A stretch of 64,000 bases of DNA from Candidatus Moranbacteria bacterium RIFOXYA12_FULL_35_19 (GCA_001784805.1 MFSE01000021.1:4241-68240), one strand, 5' to 3'; numbered from the stretch's first letter, positions 27,387-36,590 are shown. Numbers and translations: made by a program. The notes: generated from the letters alone by a model not told the origin.

Positions 27387-28379
27387 ATGATTAAGCTTGC
27401 AATCAACGGTTTTGGCCGGATTGGCCGACCAAGTTTCAAAATCGCTTTTTCCAAAGATGATGTGGAAATTGTGGCGATAAATGATTTGACGGATCTCAAA
27501 ACTGTGGCGCATCTTTTGAAATACGATTCTTCCTATGGTATTTATGAAAAAGAAATTTCCGTGGATGAAGAAAATTCAGAACTTATTGTAGATGGAACGC
27601 GGATAAAATATTTTATGGAGCCTGATCCAACAAAGTTACCCTGGAAAGATTTGGGGGTGGATGTGGTTTTGGAATGCAGTGGAGTTTTTGATACGCACGA
27701 AAAGGCGCAAAAACATCTTTCGGCGGGAGCAAAAAAAGTTGTTCTTAGTGCGCCGGCCAAAGATGATACGCCAGTTTATATTCTAGGCATCAATAAACAG
27801 GAATATAAAAATGAGGAAATTATTTCCAATGGATCTTGCACCACTAATTGTTTGGCGCCGATGATAAAAGTGCTCGATGATAATTTTGGAGTAGAAAAAG
27901 GTTTTATGACAACCACGCATTCCTATACTAATGATCAAAGGTTGCAAGATTTGCCTCACAAAGATTTGCGGCGCGCTCGAGCGGCAGCGCTTAATATTAT
28001 TCCAACCACGACTGGTGCAGCGAAAACTGTAGGAAAGGTTATAAAACACCTAGTGGGGAATTTAGACGGGATATCGTTACGCGTGCCAACGCCCGTAGTT
28101 TCAATTGTTGATTTTATTTGCAATCTCAAAAAAGAAGCGACTAAGGAGGAAATTAACCAAGCTTTCAAAGAGGCCTCGAAGAATGGTCTAAAAAATATTT
28201 TAGCAGTGAGTGAAGAAGATCTTGTCTCAATGGATTTCAAAGGCAATCCTAACAGCGCCATTGTGGATTTGCCTCTTACTATGGCCAATGGAAATTTAGT
28301 AAAAGTTGTCGGTTGGTATGATAATGAATGGGGATATTCCAATCGATTGGTTGAAATGGCAGAGTTTATCACAAAATAA
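27387..28379 (+). CDS. gap: glyceraldehyde-3-phosphate dehydrogenase
   Basis: INGFGRIGR NAD-binding motif; SCTTNCLAP catalytic cysteine motif. Confidence 0.95.
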   Translation: MIKLAINGFGRIGRPSFKIAFSKDDVEIVAINDLTDLKTVAHLLKYDSSYGIYEKEISVDEENSELIVDGTRIKYFMEPDPTKLPWKDLGVDVVLECSGVFDTHEKAQKHLSAGAKKVVLSAPAKDDTPVYILGINKQEYKNEEIISNGSCTTNCLAPMIKVLDDNFGVEKGFMTTTHSYTNDQRLQDLPHKDLRRARAAALNIIPTTTGAAKTVGKVIKHLVGNLDGISLRVPTPVVSIVDFICNLKKEATKEEINQAFKEASKNGLKNILAVSEEDLVSMDFKGNPNSAIVDLPLTMANGNLVKVVGWYDNEWGYSNRLVEMAEFITK

Positions 28380-28458
28380 AAAGTTATCCACAACTCAAGA
28401 CTTGCTAAAATTGAATATAGTGATATAATATCATTGTAAAAAATGTTATTATAAAAAA

Positions 28459-29307
28459 ATGAAAAAAGAAAAAAATAATATTGAAAATGATAGTCAAATT
28501 GCTATTTTTAGAGGCAAGAAGATTAGGAAAATTATTTTTCAAAAAGAATGGTGGTTTTCAGTGGTGGATATCGTGGGCGTATTAACGGGGAGTGTAGATG
28601 CGGGAGCTTATTGGAGAAAGTTAAAACAACGACTAATAGAAGAAGGAAGTGAAGTCGTGACATTTTGTCACGGGTTGAAGCTAGAGGCTCCTGATGGCAA
28701 GATGCGAGAAGCTGATTGTGCTAATACTGAAGGAATGTTTAGGATTATTCAGTCTATTCCTTCTCCAAAAGCTGAACCAATGAAGCGTTGGCTGGCTCGG
28801 GTCGGTTATGAAAGAATTCAGGAAATTGAAGATCCAGAATTGGCAACCAAAAGAACAAAAATATTATACAAACTCAAAGGCTATCCTGACGATTGGATCG
28901 AAAAAAGAATGCGCGGGATTGCGGTGCGAGAAGAATTGACGGACGAATGGCAAAAACGCGGAGCGCGAGAGCAAAAAGATTATGAAATTTTAACGGCGGA
29001 AATAACACGGGCGACTTTTGGAATTACGCCATCGGAATACAAGAAGCACAAAGGGCTGAAAAGAGAAAATTTGCGTGATCATATGGATGATTTTGAATTG
29101 ATCTTGACTATGCTAGGAGAACGCACCACGACTGAAATTCATCGCACTAATGATTCTAAAGGCGTGCCAAGGCTCAAAGATGACGCTAGGGTTGGCGGAC
29201 AAATTGCCGGTTCAGCCCGAGCGCAAATAGAGAGAAAGCTCAAAAGATCAATTGTGTCAAAAAAGAATTTTTTGAAAAATAATAATCGCAAAAAAATAAA
29301 AAAATAA
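28459..29307 (+). CDS. BRO-N domain (phage antirepressor-like) protein
   Basis: FRGKKIRKIIFQKEWWFSVVDIVGVL...EGMFRIIQSIPSPKAEPMKRWLARV fits the BRO-N pattern; basic C-terminal tail. Confidence 0.6.
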   Translation: MKKEKNNIENDSQIAIFRGKKIRKIIFQKEWWFSVVDIVGVLTGSVDAGAYWRKLKQRLIEEGSEVVTFCHGLKLEAPDGKMREADCANTEGMFRIIQSIPSPKAEPMKRWLARVGYERIQEIEDPELATKRTKILYKLKGYPDDWIEKRMRGIAVREELTDEWQKRGAREQKDYEILTAEITRATFGITPSEYKKHKGLKRENLRDHMDDFELILTMLGERTTTEIHRTNDSKGVPRLKDDARVGGQIAGSARAQIERKLKRSIVSKKNFLKNNNRKKIKK

Positions 29308-29352
29308 AATATTTTTTTATTATGAAATTTGTAATGGATTAACATTTACTTT

Positions 29353-31299
29353 ATGGAAAACCCCAATTTTCTCAAACAAAAATTCAATCTTCACAATGCT
29401 AAAGAAGTCAAGGCGGCGGCTAAGCACCCTGATGAAAAAATTCCCAACAATCCAGATGACCAAATCCAAAATTATCTGAATCGTTTGGAAAACTTAGTCA
29501 TCGATTCGGAAAAGAAACAAAAAAGAAAAATGCTTGACGGAGAGCAACGCCCACGAGCTCTTTTTCTTCTGCGAGAAATGCTCCTGAATAAATATGTAAG
29601 ACAAAATAAAGAAAAAATGGCGGAGGGTGCCGTTAGAGTGGAAGAGCGAGCGGCCAGAGAATTGGGAATTGACGCGCATTATGGCGAAGATGAAATTGAA
29701 CAAAGAGGCAATATTGCAGTTAGTGATTTGGAAAAATCATTAGATAATTGGATAACTTATCTCACTGATGCTAACGAATCATATCCGACTTGGTTTCGTT
29801 ACTATGCTTTTCGTAGCATTTTAGGTCTTGGCGATTATGATAAAGACAAAGGAGAATTCCCTAATCGTTCTCAAGGTACAGCTAAACTTTTTCCTGATAT
29901 TGATCGAGGAGCTTTGGCTTACATCCGAGATATCATTGAAGCGGAAAAAGATCCAATAATTTTGGAAAGACTAAAAAAAGCCCAACAAGCTAATCAAACT
30001 CCCGAAGATCAACAAATCACCAAGGAAAAAGCTGAAAAATTTGCCAAACTTTCTTTTGCCAAGCAATATAAAGAAGGAATCAAGCAAGCTGGCGAAATTA
30101 CTCCCGAAATGCGAGAGATTACCGAAGGCAAGTGGGTGAAATATCAAAAAGATACTGATCCCACCGCTCTTTGGGTAAGCTTGCAAAACAAAGGTACAGC
30201 TTGGTGCACGAAAGGTTTTGCCACTGCCGAAACTCAACTGCAAGGCGGAGATTTTTATGTTTATTACACTCTCGACAAACAAGGCAAACCAACTATTCCG
30301 AGAATTGCCATCAGAATGCAAGACAATCAAATTTTTGAAACTCGTGGTGTTTCTGATAATCAACAAAATCTTGAAAGCAATATGATTGACATTGCCGAAA
30401 AGAAAATGGATGAACTTCCTGGTAAAGAAAAATACAAAAAAACTTCTGCTGATATGAAACAACTGACTGAAATTGAAAAGAAAACCAAATCTAATCAAGA
30501 ATTAACCAAGGAAGAATTAGTTTTTCTTTATGAAATAGATGATAAAATTCAAGGTTTTGGATATAATGAAGACCCAAGAATAAAAGAGATTAGGGAGCAA
30601 AGAAAACCAAATATCCAAAAAGACGCATCAATCATTCTTGAATGTGAATCCAATCAAATCGCCAATAAACCAGAAGACATCAATGAAAATACCAAGGCAT
30701 ATATTGGAGAACTAAAATCAGAAATTTTCGAATCAATTCAAAAATATAACATTGAAAATATTTATACCTCATTTCCTGAAGGTAAAATAGAAAAATTTGA
30801 GATGGAACTAGGAGGAAGAACAAAACCAGAAATTGAAAGTGAATTGGAAAAAAGAAAAAAAGCAGAGGGAGATGAAAAAATATACACTTCTGATTATGCT
30901 GAAAGTATGCTAAAAAAACCAGAATTTTTTGTGCAAGAAAAAAAAGAACAATCCAGTTTCGTTAAAATAAAAGTAGGAGATCTCGGTTTTCCTAATGGAG
31001 CAACTGTGCAAGAAATTTATGAAAAAGCCGAAAAACTAGGCTTGGAACTGTGTCCACCAGAAACAGGACCAACAATCAGATTGGATTATGAGAAAATTTT
31101 TCAAAAAGAACAACCAAGAAGAGAATATTTTTGGATTGCGATGAAACAAATAGCCGGCTCTGACGGCTATCCGAGCGTGTTCCGTGTGGGTCGCGGCGAT
31201 GGCGGCGAGTCGTGGCTGGGTGACCGTTGGGCGCGGCCTGACGGCGAGTGGGGTGCTGGCATTGGGGTTGTCTTTCGCCTCCGCAAATTTGAAACTTAA
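29353..31299 (+). CDS. DGR target protein with C-terminal C-type-lectin-like (DUF1566/FGE-like) variable domain
   Basis: The C-terminus ...SDGYPSVFRVGRGDGGESWLGDRWARPDGEWGAGIGVVFRLRK is encoded by VR; no signal peptide; N-terminal 590 aa unassigned. Confidence 0.8.
   Translation: MENPNFLKQKFNLHNAKEVKAAAKHPDEKIPNNPDDQIQNYLNRLENLVIDSEKKQKRKMLDGEQRPRALFLLREMLLNKYVRQNKEKMAEGAVRVEERAARELGIDAHYGEDEIEQRGNIAVSDLEKSLDNWITYLTDANESYPTWFRYYAFRSILGLGDYDKDKGEFPNRSQGTAKLFPDIDRGALAYIRDIIEAEKDPIILERLKKAQQANQTPEDQQITKEKAEKFAKLSFAKQYKEGIKQAGEITPEMREITEGKWVKYQKDTDPTALWVSLQNKGTAWCTKGFATAETQLQGGDFYVYYTLDKQGKPTIPRIAIRMQDNQIFETRGVSDNQQNLESNMIDIAEKKMDELPGKEKYKKTSADMKQLTEIEKKTKSNQELTKEELVFLYEIDDKIQGFGYNEDPRIKEIREQRKPNIQKDASIILECESNQIANKPEDINENTKAYIGELKSEIFESIQKYNIENIYTSFPEGKIEKFEMELGGRTKPEIESELEKRKKAEGDEKIYTSDYAESMLKKPEFFVQEKKEQSSFVKIKVGDLGFPNGATVQEIYEKAEKLGLELCPPETGPTIRLDYEKIFQKEQPRREYFWIAMKQIAGSDGYPSVFRVGRGDGGESWLGDRWARPDGEWGAGIGVVFRLRKFET
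31154..31286 (+). repeat. DGR variable repeat (VR)
   Basis: 133 nt aligning to 31628-31760; about 22 mismatches, every one at an adenine of TR. Confidence 0.9.
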
Positions 31300-31315
31300 A
31301 TTTTTTGAATTTTTG

Positions 31316-31333
31316 ATCCGCCAGTTGGCGGAT
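31316..31333 (+). promoter_or_regulatory. GC-rich hairpin 30 nt downstream of VR (atccgcc-agtt-ggcggat)
   Basis: 7-bp GC stem with a 4-nt loop, placed just 3' of the VR-TR homology as in characterised DGRs. Confidence 0.6.
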
Positions 31334-31627
31334 TGAAACTTTGAAACTTTATTACTTTGACACTTTCTTTCGCGCGAATTTTTTGGTATCATTAATTTGG
31401 ATTGGTTGCATCGAACGGTTACGACTTTTCGAGACCTTTCTCGCAAGCGCAAATTGAGAGCGCGGACGGTCAAGACTTTCCGCGGAGGATTTGCGTCAAG
31501 TTTTCTAAAAAGAAAAAATTTGGTGTGCTGTGCTGGTGGATTTTAGATTCCAAATAAAATACAGCGTTGCTCCTTTTGCCAAATAGCGAATTGAGTAGGC
31601 AGTGGAATAGATGGCATGGCATACAAA

Positions 31628-31760
31628 ACCGACTCTGACGGCTATCCGAACGTGTTCAATGTGAATCGCAACGATGACGGCAAGTCGTGGCTGAATGACA
31701 ATTGGGCGAAGCCTGACAACAAGTGGAATGCTGACAATGAGATTGTCTTTCGCCTCCGAA
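31628..31760 (+). repeat. DGR template repeat (TR)
   Basis: Adenine-rich (AAC/AAT codons in the VR frame); ends with gtctttcgcctccgaaag (IMH*-like); lies in a locally GC-richer, probably structured transcript region. Confidence 0.9.
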
Positions 31761-31778
31761 AGTATTTTCTTTTCCGCA

Positions 31779-32129
31779 TTATTCAAAAGTGCGGTTTTTC
31801 TTTGGCGAATTTTCCAGTTTATTTTTCCAGCCCCATAACATCCTGCCAACTTCTTCAAGTTTGAGTGCAATTTCTTCGTATTGTTTATGAGAAATCAGTT
31901 TTGCGTCCCATGCTACGGAAATGATGAACTTAAGTTTGTCCAAAAGGAAAATACATTCAGAAATTTTTTCAATCTTTTCTTCTTTTTTGGAAAAATAAGT
32001 GATATAGCCAAGTTCTAATAAATCAAGAAGTTTATTTTCAATTCTTGCGCCGATGGTGTAGCGCGCATTTTTCTGTATATGAGGAACAATATTAATCCAA
32101 ATCAAATATCCCTCTTTGATTCTTTGCAA
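31779..32129 (-). CDS. avd: Avd-like accessory variability determinant (four-helix-bundle, TIGR02436-like)
   Basis: 116 aa; the C-terminus ISHKQYEEIALKLEEVGRMLWGWKNKL matches the family pattern ..EE.L....EI.KML.GL; opposite strand to TR/RT and overlaps the RT start by 14 nt. Confidence 0.6.
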   Translation of the reverse strand: MQRIKEGYLIWINIVPHIQKNARYTIGARIENKLLDLLELGYITYFSKKEEKIEKISECIFLLDKLKFIISVAWDAKLISHKQYEEIALKLEEVGRMLWGWKNKLENSPKKNRTFE

Positions 32130-33192
32130 AATCGAAGCATTATTCGAGAGAGAGAGAGAGAGTAAAAGGCTTTTCCATATTTATGATGATATCATCTCTT
32201 TTGAAAATTTGCTAATTTCGTGGCAAGAATTTTTGTGTGGAAAAAGAAAACGTAAAGATGTGGCAGAATTTTCTTTGAATTTTATGGACAATATTTTCGC
32301 GCTTCATAAAGAACTCAAAGAAAGAACTTATCAACACGGTGGATATCAAGCTTTCAAAATTAGCGATCCAAAACCGAGAGATATTCATAAGGCCAGTGTT
32401 CGTGATCGACTAGTACATCACGCTATTTATCGGATTGTATACCCATATTTTGAGGAGAAATTCATTTTTGATTCTTATTCTTGCCGAATCAAAAAAGGCA
32501 CGCATAAAGCGATAAATCGTTTTCGATATTTTAGCCTAAAAGTTTCAAAAAATAATACTCAAACTTGTTGGATTTTGAAATGCGACATCAGAAAATTTTT
32601 CGCCAATATTGATCACCAAGTTCTCAAAAATATTTTAGCCAAAAATATCGTGGATGAAAATGTTTTATGGCTTATGACGCAAGTTATTGATAGTTTTACC
32701 TCGCCCCAGCCCTCTCCTTGTAAAGGAGAGGGGATTAAAGGTCTTCCGCTGGGCAATTTAACTAGCCAGCTTCTGGTGAATATTTATATGAATGAATTTG
32801 ATCAATATGCGAAAAGAGAATTAAAAACGAAATATTATATCCGCTACGCTGATGACTTTGTGATTTTTCACGAAAACAAAAATTATTTAGAAGATCTTAT
32901 CTCTGAAATTTCTAAATTTTTGGAAAATAAACTCAAACTTTCTCTCCATCCGGATAAAGTTAGCATAAATACGCTATCTTCGGGCGTTGATTTTCTTGGC
33001 TGGGTGAATTTTTCGAAACATAGAATTTTACGGACAAGCACAAAAAGAAGGATGATAAAAAAAATTAAGAAAAATACCACGCCAGAAGCAGTTGCTTCTT
33101 ATTTGGGTTTACTTTTGCATGGAAATACATATAAATTGGCAAATAAAATAACAAAGCTCTATTTTGAAAAGAAGAAGATTTCCAATATTTGA
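32116..33192 (+). CDS. DGR reverse transcriptase
   Basis: NLL..W.EF..GKRKRKDVAEF N-terminal region, RDRLVHHA, CRIKKGTH, LPLGNLTSQLLVNIY (DGR-specific SQ motif), IRYADDFVIF. Confidence 0.9.
   Translation: MILCKIEALFERERESKRLFHIYDDIISFENLLISWQEFLCGKRKRKDVAEFSLNFMDNIFALHKELKERTYQHGGYQAFKISDPKPRDIHKASVRDRLVHHAIYRIVYPYFEEKFIFDSYSCRIKKGTHKAINRFRYFSLKVSKNNTQTCWILKCDIRKFFANIDHQVLKNILAKNIVDENVLWLMTQVIDSFTSPQPSPCKGEGIKGLPLGNLTSQLLVNIYMNEFDQYAKRELKTKYYIRYADDFVIFHENKNYLEDLISEISKFLENKLKLSLHPDKVSINTLSSGVDFLGWVNFSKHRILRTSTKRRMIKKIKKNTTPEAVASYLGLLLHGNTYKLANKITKLYFEKKKISNI
32146..32162 (+). repeat. (GA)8 dinucleotide microsatellite inside the 5' end of the RT ORF
   Basis: gagagagagagagagag within codons 11-16 of the annotated RT start. 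Confidence 0.9.
32710..32733 (+). repeat. GC palindrome (ccctctcctt-gtaa-aggagaggg) in-frame in the RT, just before the SQ motif
   Basis: Encodes SPQPSPCKGEG. The Bordetella-type RT has no equivalent residues here. Same ccctctc/gagaggg termini as elements in miaA, dnaE and 33265-33319. Confidence 0.7.
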
Positions 33193-33264
33193 AAAAAATG
33201 GTATAATATCTATAAGAGTTGAAGAAATATAAAATAAAATTATTAAAATTTTTGTGAGGTCTTA

Positions 33265-33319
33265 TCCCTCTCTGTCTCGATGAGTACATTGAGACATCTC
33301 TCCCTAAGGGAGAGAAGGA
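33265..33319. repeat. GC-rich compound palindromic element (family 1), intergenic copy
   Basis: tccctctctgtctcgatgagtacattgagacatctctccctaagggagagaagga. Confidence 0.75.
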
Positions 33320-33332
33320 TAATAGAAAATCT

Positions 33333-34904
33333 ATGTACGACATTTTAATTAAAAACGGAAAGATAATTGATGGCACGGGGAAGCTGGGGTTTTTTGCAGA
33401 TGTTGCGATCAAAGAAGATAAGATTATAAAGATTGGCGAATTGCATAATGAAAAGGGAGAAATTGAAATTGATGCCATGGGAAAAATTGTTTGTCCGGGG
33501 TTTGTGGATGTGAATAATCATAGCGATACTTTTTGGCAGATATTTTTGAATCCTGATTTGGAAAGTCTGGCCTATCAAGGCATTACCACGATTATCGGCG
33601 GAGCCTGCGGATCTTCGCTGGCACCACTCGCAACTCCTCTGACCATTGAATCAATTCAAAAATGGGTAGATCTTAGAAATATAAATTTTAGCTGGTTGTC
33701 CATGAAAGAATTTCTAAAAATAATGGAGGTTAAAAAAATATCAGTTAATTTTGCAACATTAGTGGGTCATGAAAATTTACGGCGAGGGATATTGAAAAAC
33801 GAATTGCGTTCGCTTAATCCAAAAGAAATAAAATTTATTGAAAAAACATTTCAGGATTCTTTGCAGGCAGGTGCGCTCGGACTTTCTACGGGTCTTGTTT
33901 ACACTCATGCTCGACTAGCGACAAGTGAGGAGCTGATGAATCTCGCTAATATTGTTAAAAAATATGACGGAGTTTATGTAACGCATATTCGCGATGAAGC
34001 CAGAGAAGTTATTGAATCGGTCGAAGAGGCGATTAAAATTGGCCGAGAAGTCAAGATGAAACTACATATCGCTCATCTCAAGATAATGGGAAAAGAGAAT
34101 TGGAAAAAAATGAATGAAGTTTTGGAACATATTTCCTTAGCTAAAAAATCTGGAATAGATATCTCTTTTGATGTGTATCCTTATACCAATACCGGTTCGG
34201 TATTGTATGCAATGCTTCCAAGTTGGGTAGCGGAAGGCGGGAGAAAAATAATGCTTCATCGTCTAAAAGACCCAGCTATTCGGATAAAAGTTATAACAGA
34301 AATGAAAAAATCCGGTTTTGAATATGAAAAAATTGAAATTGCATCCAGCCTGATGGATAAAACTTTGACAAGCCGAAAAATAACGGAAATTGCAATTTCG
34401 CAAAATAAAACAGTGGAAGAAGCGATTATTGATGTTTTAATTGCTTCAGAAGGTCGAGTAATAACTTCCATGGAAATTTTAAGTGAAGAAAATGTGAGAA
34501 TGGCAATTGCTCATCCGCTTTCAATGATTGCGTCCAACGGAGCTGGGTACAGCTTGAATCATGCAAAAACTGGAGAGCTGGTTCATCCAAGATCATTTGG
34601 CACATACATCAAAGTTTTGGAAAAATATGTTTTAGAGGAAAAAATAATTTCTTTTGAAGAAGCTATTCGAAAAATGACCTCGTTTCCGGCAGAAAAATTT
34701 GGAGTTGTCAAAAGAGGAAAACTGGCAAAAGGATTTTTCGCTGATGTTTTAGTTTTAGATAAAAATAAAATTTCTGCTCCAGCCGATAAGGAACGACCAT
34801 ACCAATATTCACAAGGAGTTGATTATTCTTTGGTAAATGGTAAAATGGTTATTCAGGAAGGGAAATATATGGGGATGAGGAATGGGAAAGTAATAAGGCG
34901 GTAA
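33333..34904 (+). CDS. amidohydrolase family, N-acyl-D-amino-acid deacylase (D-aminoacylase)-like
   Basis: MYDILIKNGKIIDGTG...VCPGFVDVNNHSD metal-binding HxH-type motif and overall architecture. Confidence 0.8.
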   Translation: MYDILIKNGKIIDGTGKLGFFADVAIKEDKIIKIGELHNEKGEIEIDAMGKIVCPGFVDVNNHSDTFWQIFLNPDLESLAYQGITTIIGGACGSSLAPLATPLTIESIQKWVDLRNINFSWLSMKEFLKIMEVKKISVNFATLVGHENLRRGILKNELRSLNPKEIKFIEKTFQDSLQAGALGLSTGLVYTHARLATSEELMNLANIVKKYDGVYVTHIRDEAREVIESVEEAIKIGREVKMKLHIAHLKIMGKENWKKMNEVLEHISLAKKSGIDISFDVYPYTNTGSVLYAMLPSWVAEGGRKIMLHRLKDPAIRIKVITEMKKSGFEYEKIEIASSLMDKTLTSRKITEIAISQNKTVEEAIIDVLIASEGRVITSMEILSEENVRMAIAHPLSMIASNGAGYSLNHAKTGELVHPRSFGTYIKVLEKYVLEEKIISFEEAIRKMTSFPAEKFGVVKRGKLAKGFFADVLVLDKNKISAPADKERPYQYSQGVDYSLVNGKMVIQEGKYMGMRNGKVIRR

Positions 34905-35039
34905 AGAAAATTTTTAATTTGAAATTTTGTAATTTTTAGTTAATTTGAAATTTTTAATATTAAAAATTCATTAAAAATTTCTAATTAAAAACTAAAAATT
35001 AAATAACAGTAACTTAATTTAATGGAAAATATATAGGAA

Positions 35040-36437
35040 ATGGATATCATTGATCTAAAAAACAAGCGAATTACAGTTATGGGTTTGGGTCTTCATGGAG
35101 GCGGTGTGGGAACCGTCCGTTTTTTATTTGAAGTGGGAGCGAAAATTACGGTAACGGATTTGAAATCCAAGGAAGAATTAGCCTCTTCGCTTGAGAAATT
35201 AAAAGATTTGAAAAATATTTCTTATGTTTTTCAACAACATCGTCCGGAAGATTTTCTTAGTGCTGATATGGTAATAAAAAATCCAAGTGCGCCATGGAAC
35301 AATAAGCAAATAAAGTTGGCGTTGGAAAATAAAATTCCAGTGGAAATTGATTCCAGTCTTTTTTTCAAATTATGTAAAAATCCAATAATCGGTGTTACGG
35401 GCACCAAGGGAAAAACAACTACCGCCACTTTGATTTATGAAATTTTGCGTTTAGCCGGAAAAAATCCAATCAAAGTCGGCATTGGTCAAACTTCTGTATT
35501 GGATAAACTCAAAGAGCTTAAAAAAGATTCAGCTGTTGTTTTTGAGCTTTCCAGCTGGCGATTATCTGCTTTGGGAAAAAATAAAATTAGTCCAGAAACG
35601 GCGTTAATTACCAACATTTATCCAGATCATTTGAATTATTATAAATCAATGGATGAATATATTACGGATAAAAAAAATATTTTTCTTTATCAGAAAAATG
35701 AAAATAGTTGTGTGATAAATAATGATAATGAATTGATCAAAAAATTTGAAGGAGAGATAAAATCAAAATTGATTAAGTTTTCAAAAAATAAAATTTCAGA
35801 AGGCAGAGCGGTTTATCTGGACAAGGGTGTGATTTATTTCAATGACGGAATGGATGAAAAAAAGATTGTAGAGGTAAGCGAAATAAAAATAAAAGGCGAG
35901 CATAATTTGGAAAATATTATGGCCGCCTCGGCTGTTTCTTTGGCTATCGGAATAAAAATAGAAATAATTCAAAAAGCCATTAAAGAATTTTCTGGAATAG
36001 CACATCGGCTGGAATTGGTGCGAGAATTAGATGGAATAAAATATATAAATGATACGGCAGCAACCACTCCGGAAGCGGGAATTTCTGCGCTTAAATCTTT
36101 CTCGGAGCCAATAATTCTAATAGCTGGAGGTTCAGATAAAAATTTAGATATGACTGAATTTTCTAAAATTATTTGTAAGAAGGTAAAAGGCGTGGTTTTT
36201 TTGAAAGGTGTGGCGACGGAAAAAATAATTACAGAAATGAAAAAAAATGATAGTTGTCTAGATGCAGAAAATCTTAGAATAGTTGAATCAATGGAAAAAG
36301 CGGTGGAATTGGCAAGGTCGGTGGCGGAAAAAGGCGATATAATTTTGCTTTCTCCTGGTTCGGCCAGCTTTGGATTATTCATTAATGAATTTGATCGAGG
36401 GGATAAATTTAAGGAGGTGGTGGGAAAATTGAAATAA
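35040..36437 (+). CDS. murD: UDP-N-acetylmuramoylalanine--D-glutamate ligase
   Basis: GVTGTKGKTTT P-loop; Mur ligase middle and C-terminal domains; N-terminal Rossmann GLGLHGGG. Confidence 0.9.
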   Translation: MDIIDLKNKRITVMGLGLHGGGVGTVRFLFEVGAKITVTDLKSKEELASSLEKLKDLKNISYVFQQHRPEDFLSADMVIKNPSAPWNNKQIKLALENKIPVEIDSSLFFKLCKNPIIGVTGTKGKTTTATLIYEILRLAGKNPIKVGIGQTSVLDKLKELKKDSAVVFELSSWRLSALGKNKISPETALITNIYPDHLNYYKSMDEYITDKKNIFLYQKNENSCVINNDNELIKKFEGEIKSKLIKFSKNKISEGRAVYLDKGVIYFNDGMDEKKIVEVSEIKIKGEHNLENIMAASAVSLAIGIKIEIIQKAIKEFSGIAHRLELVRELDGIKYINDTAATTPEAGISALKSFSEPIILIAGGSDKNLDMTEFSKIICKKVKGVVFLKGVATEKIITEMKKNDSCLDAENLRIVESMEKAVELARSVAEKGDIILLSPGSASFGLFINEFDRGDKFKEVVGKLK

Positions 36438-36439
36438 AA

Positions 36440-36464
36440 AAACTCCTATCCGGGAGTTTTTATT
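36440..36464. terminator. bidirectional terminator (aactcc-tatccg-ggagtt with flanking A/T runs)
   Basis: Between murD (+) and the tRNA genes (-). Confidence 0.55.
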
Positions 36465-36466
36465 TG

Positions 36467-36540
36467 TGGGCGATTCAAGATTCGAACTTGAGACCTCGTC
36501 ATTATCAGTGACGCGCTCTAACCAACTGAGCTAATCGCCC
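36467..36540 (-). tRNA. tRNA-Ile (GAU); CCA not encoded
   Basis: gggcgattagctcagttggttagagcgcgtcactGATaatgacgaggtctcaagttcgaatcttgaatcgccca cloverleaf. Confidence 0.9.
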
Positions 36541-36590
36541 GCATGTGGACCCTATCCCGCTTTAAGCGGGATCACCCCTCAGATTTTATG
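36541..36590 (-). repeat. degenerate duplicate of the tRNA-Ala 3' end (T-arm replaced by a cccgcttaaagcggg hairpin)
   Basis: ggggtgatc[...]gatagggtccacat repeats the last ~33 nt of tRNA-Ala. Confidence 0.6.

Larger units (their letters stand above)
29353..33192 (+). mobile_element. diversity-generating retroelement (target gene with VR, TR, avd, RT)
   Basis: VR/TR pair with adenine-specific substitutions, GC hairpin after VR, Avd-like gene, DGR-type RT. Confidence 0.9.

Noticed and set aside
31616-31864. Listed + strand ORF (82 aa) beginning MAYKTDSDGYPNVF
   Set aside because: It is the DGR template repeat read in the VR frame. TR functions as an RNA template, and the ORF has no independent start signals.
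31036-31870. Minus-strand ORFs 31036-31473 and 31505-31870
   Set aside because: They are antisense to VR and TR and appear because the repeat is reused in both places. No motifs are present.
32116-33192. RT as a group II intron or retron reverse transcriptase
   Set aside because: No maturase/endonuclease domains and no intron RNA domains V/VI are evident. The motif-4 LGNLTSQ plus the adjacent adenine-mutated VR/TR pair identify it as a DGR RT.
28459-33192. Intact prophage around the BRO-N gene and DGR
   Set aside because: No capsid, terminase, portal or integrase genes occur in the flanks, and housekeeping genes (gap, murD) abut the region.
36541-36590. Integrated genomic island at tRNA-Ala
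   Set aside because: Only a 50-bp 3'-end fragment is present, with no integrase or cargo between the copies. It is reported as a footprint only.
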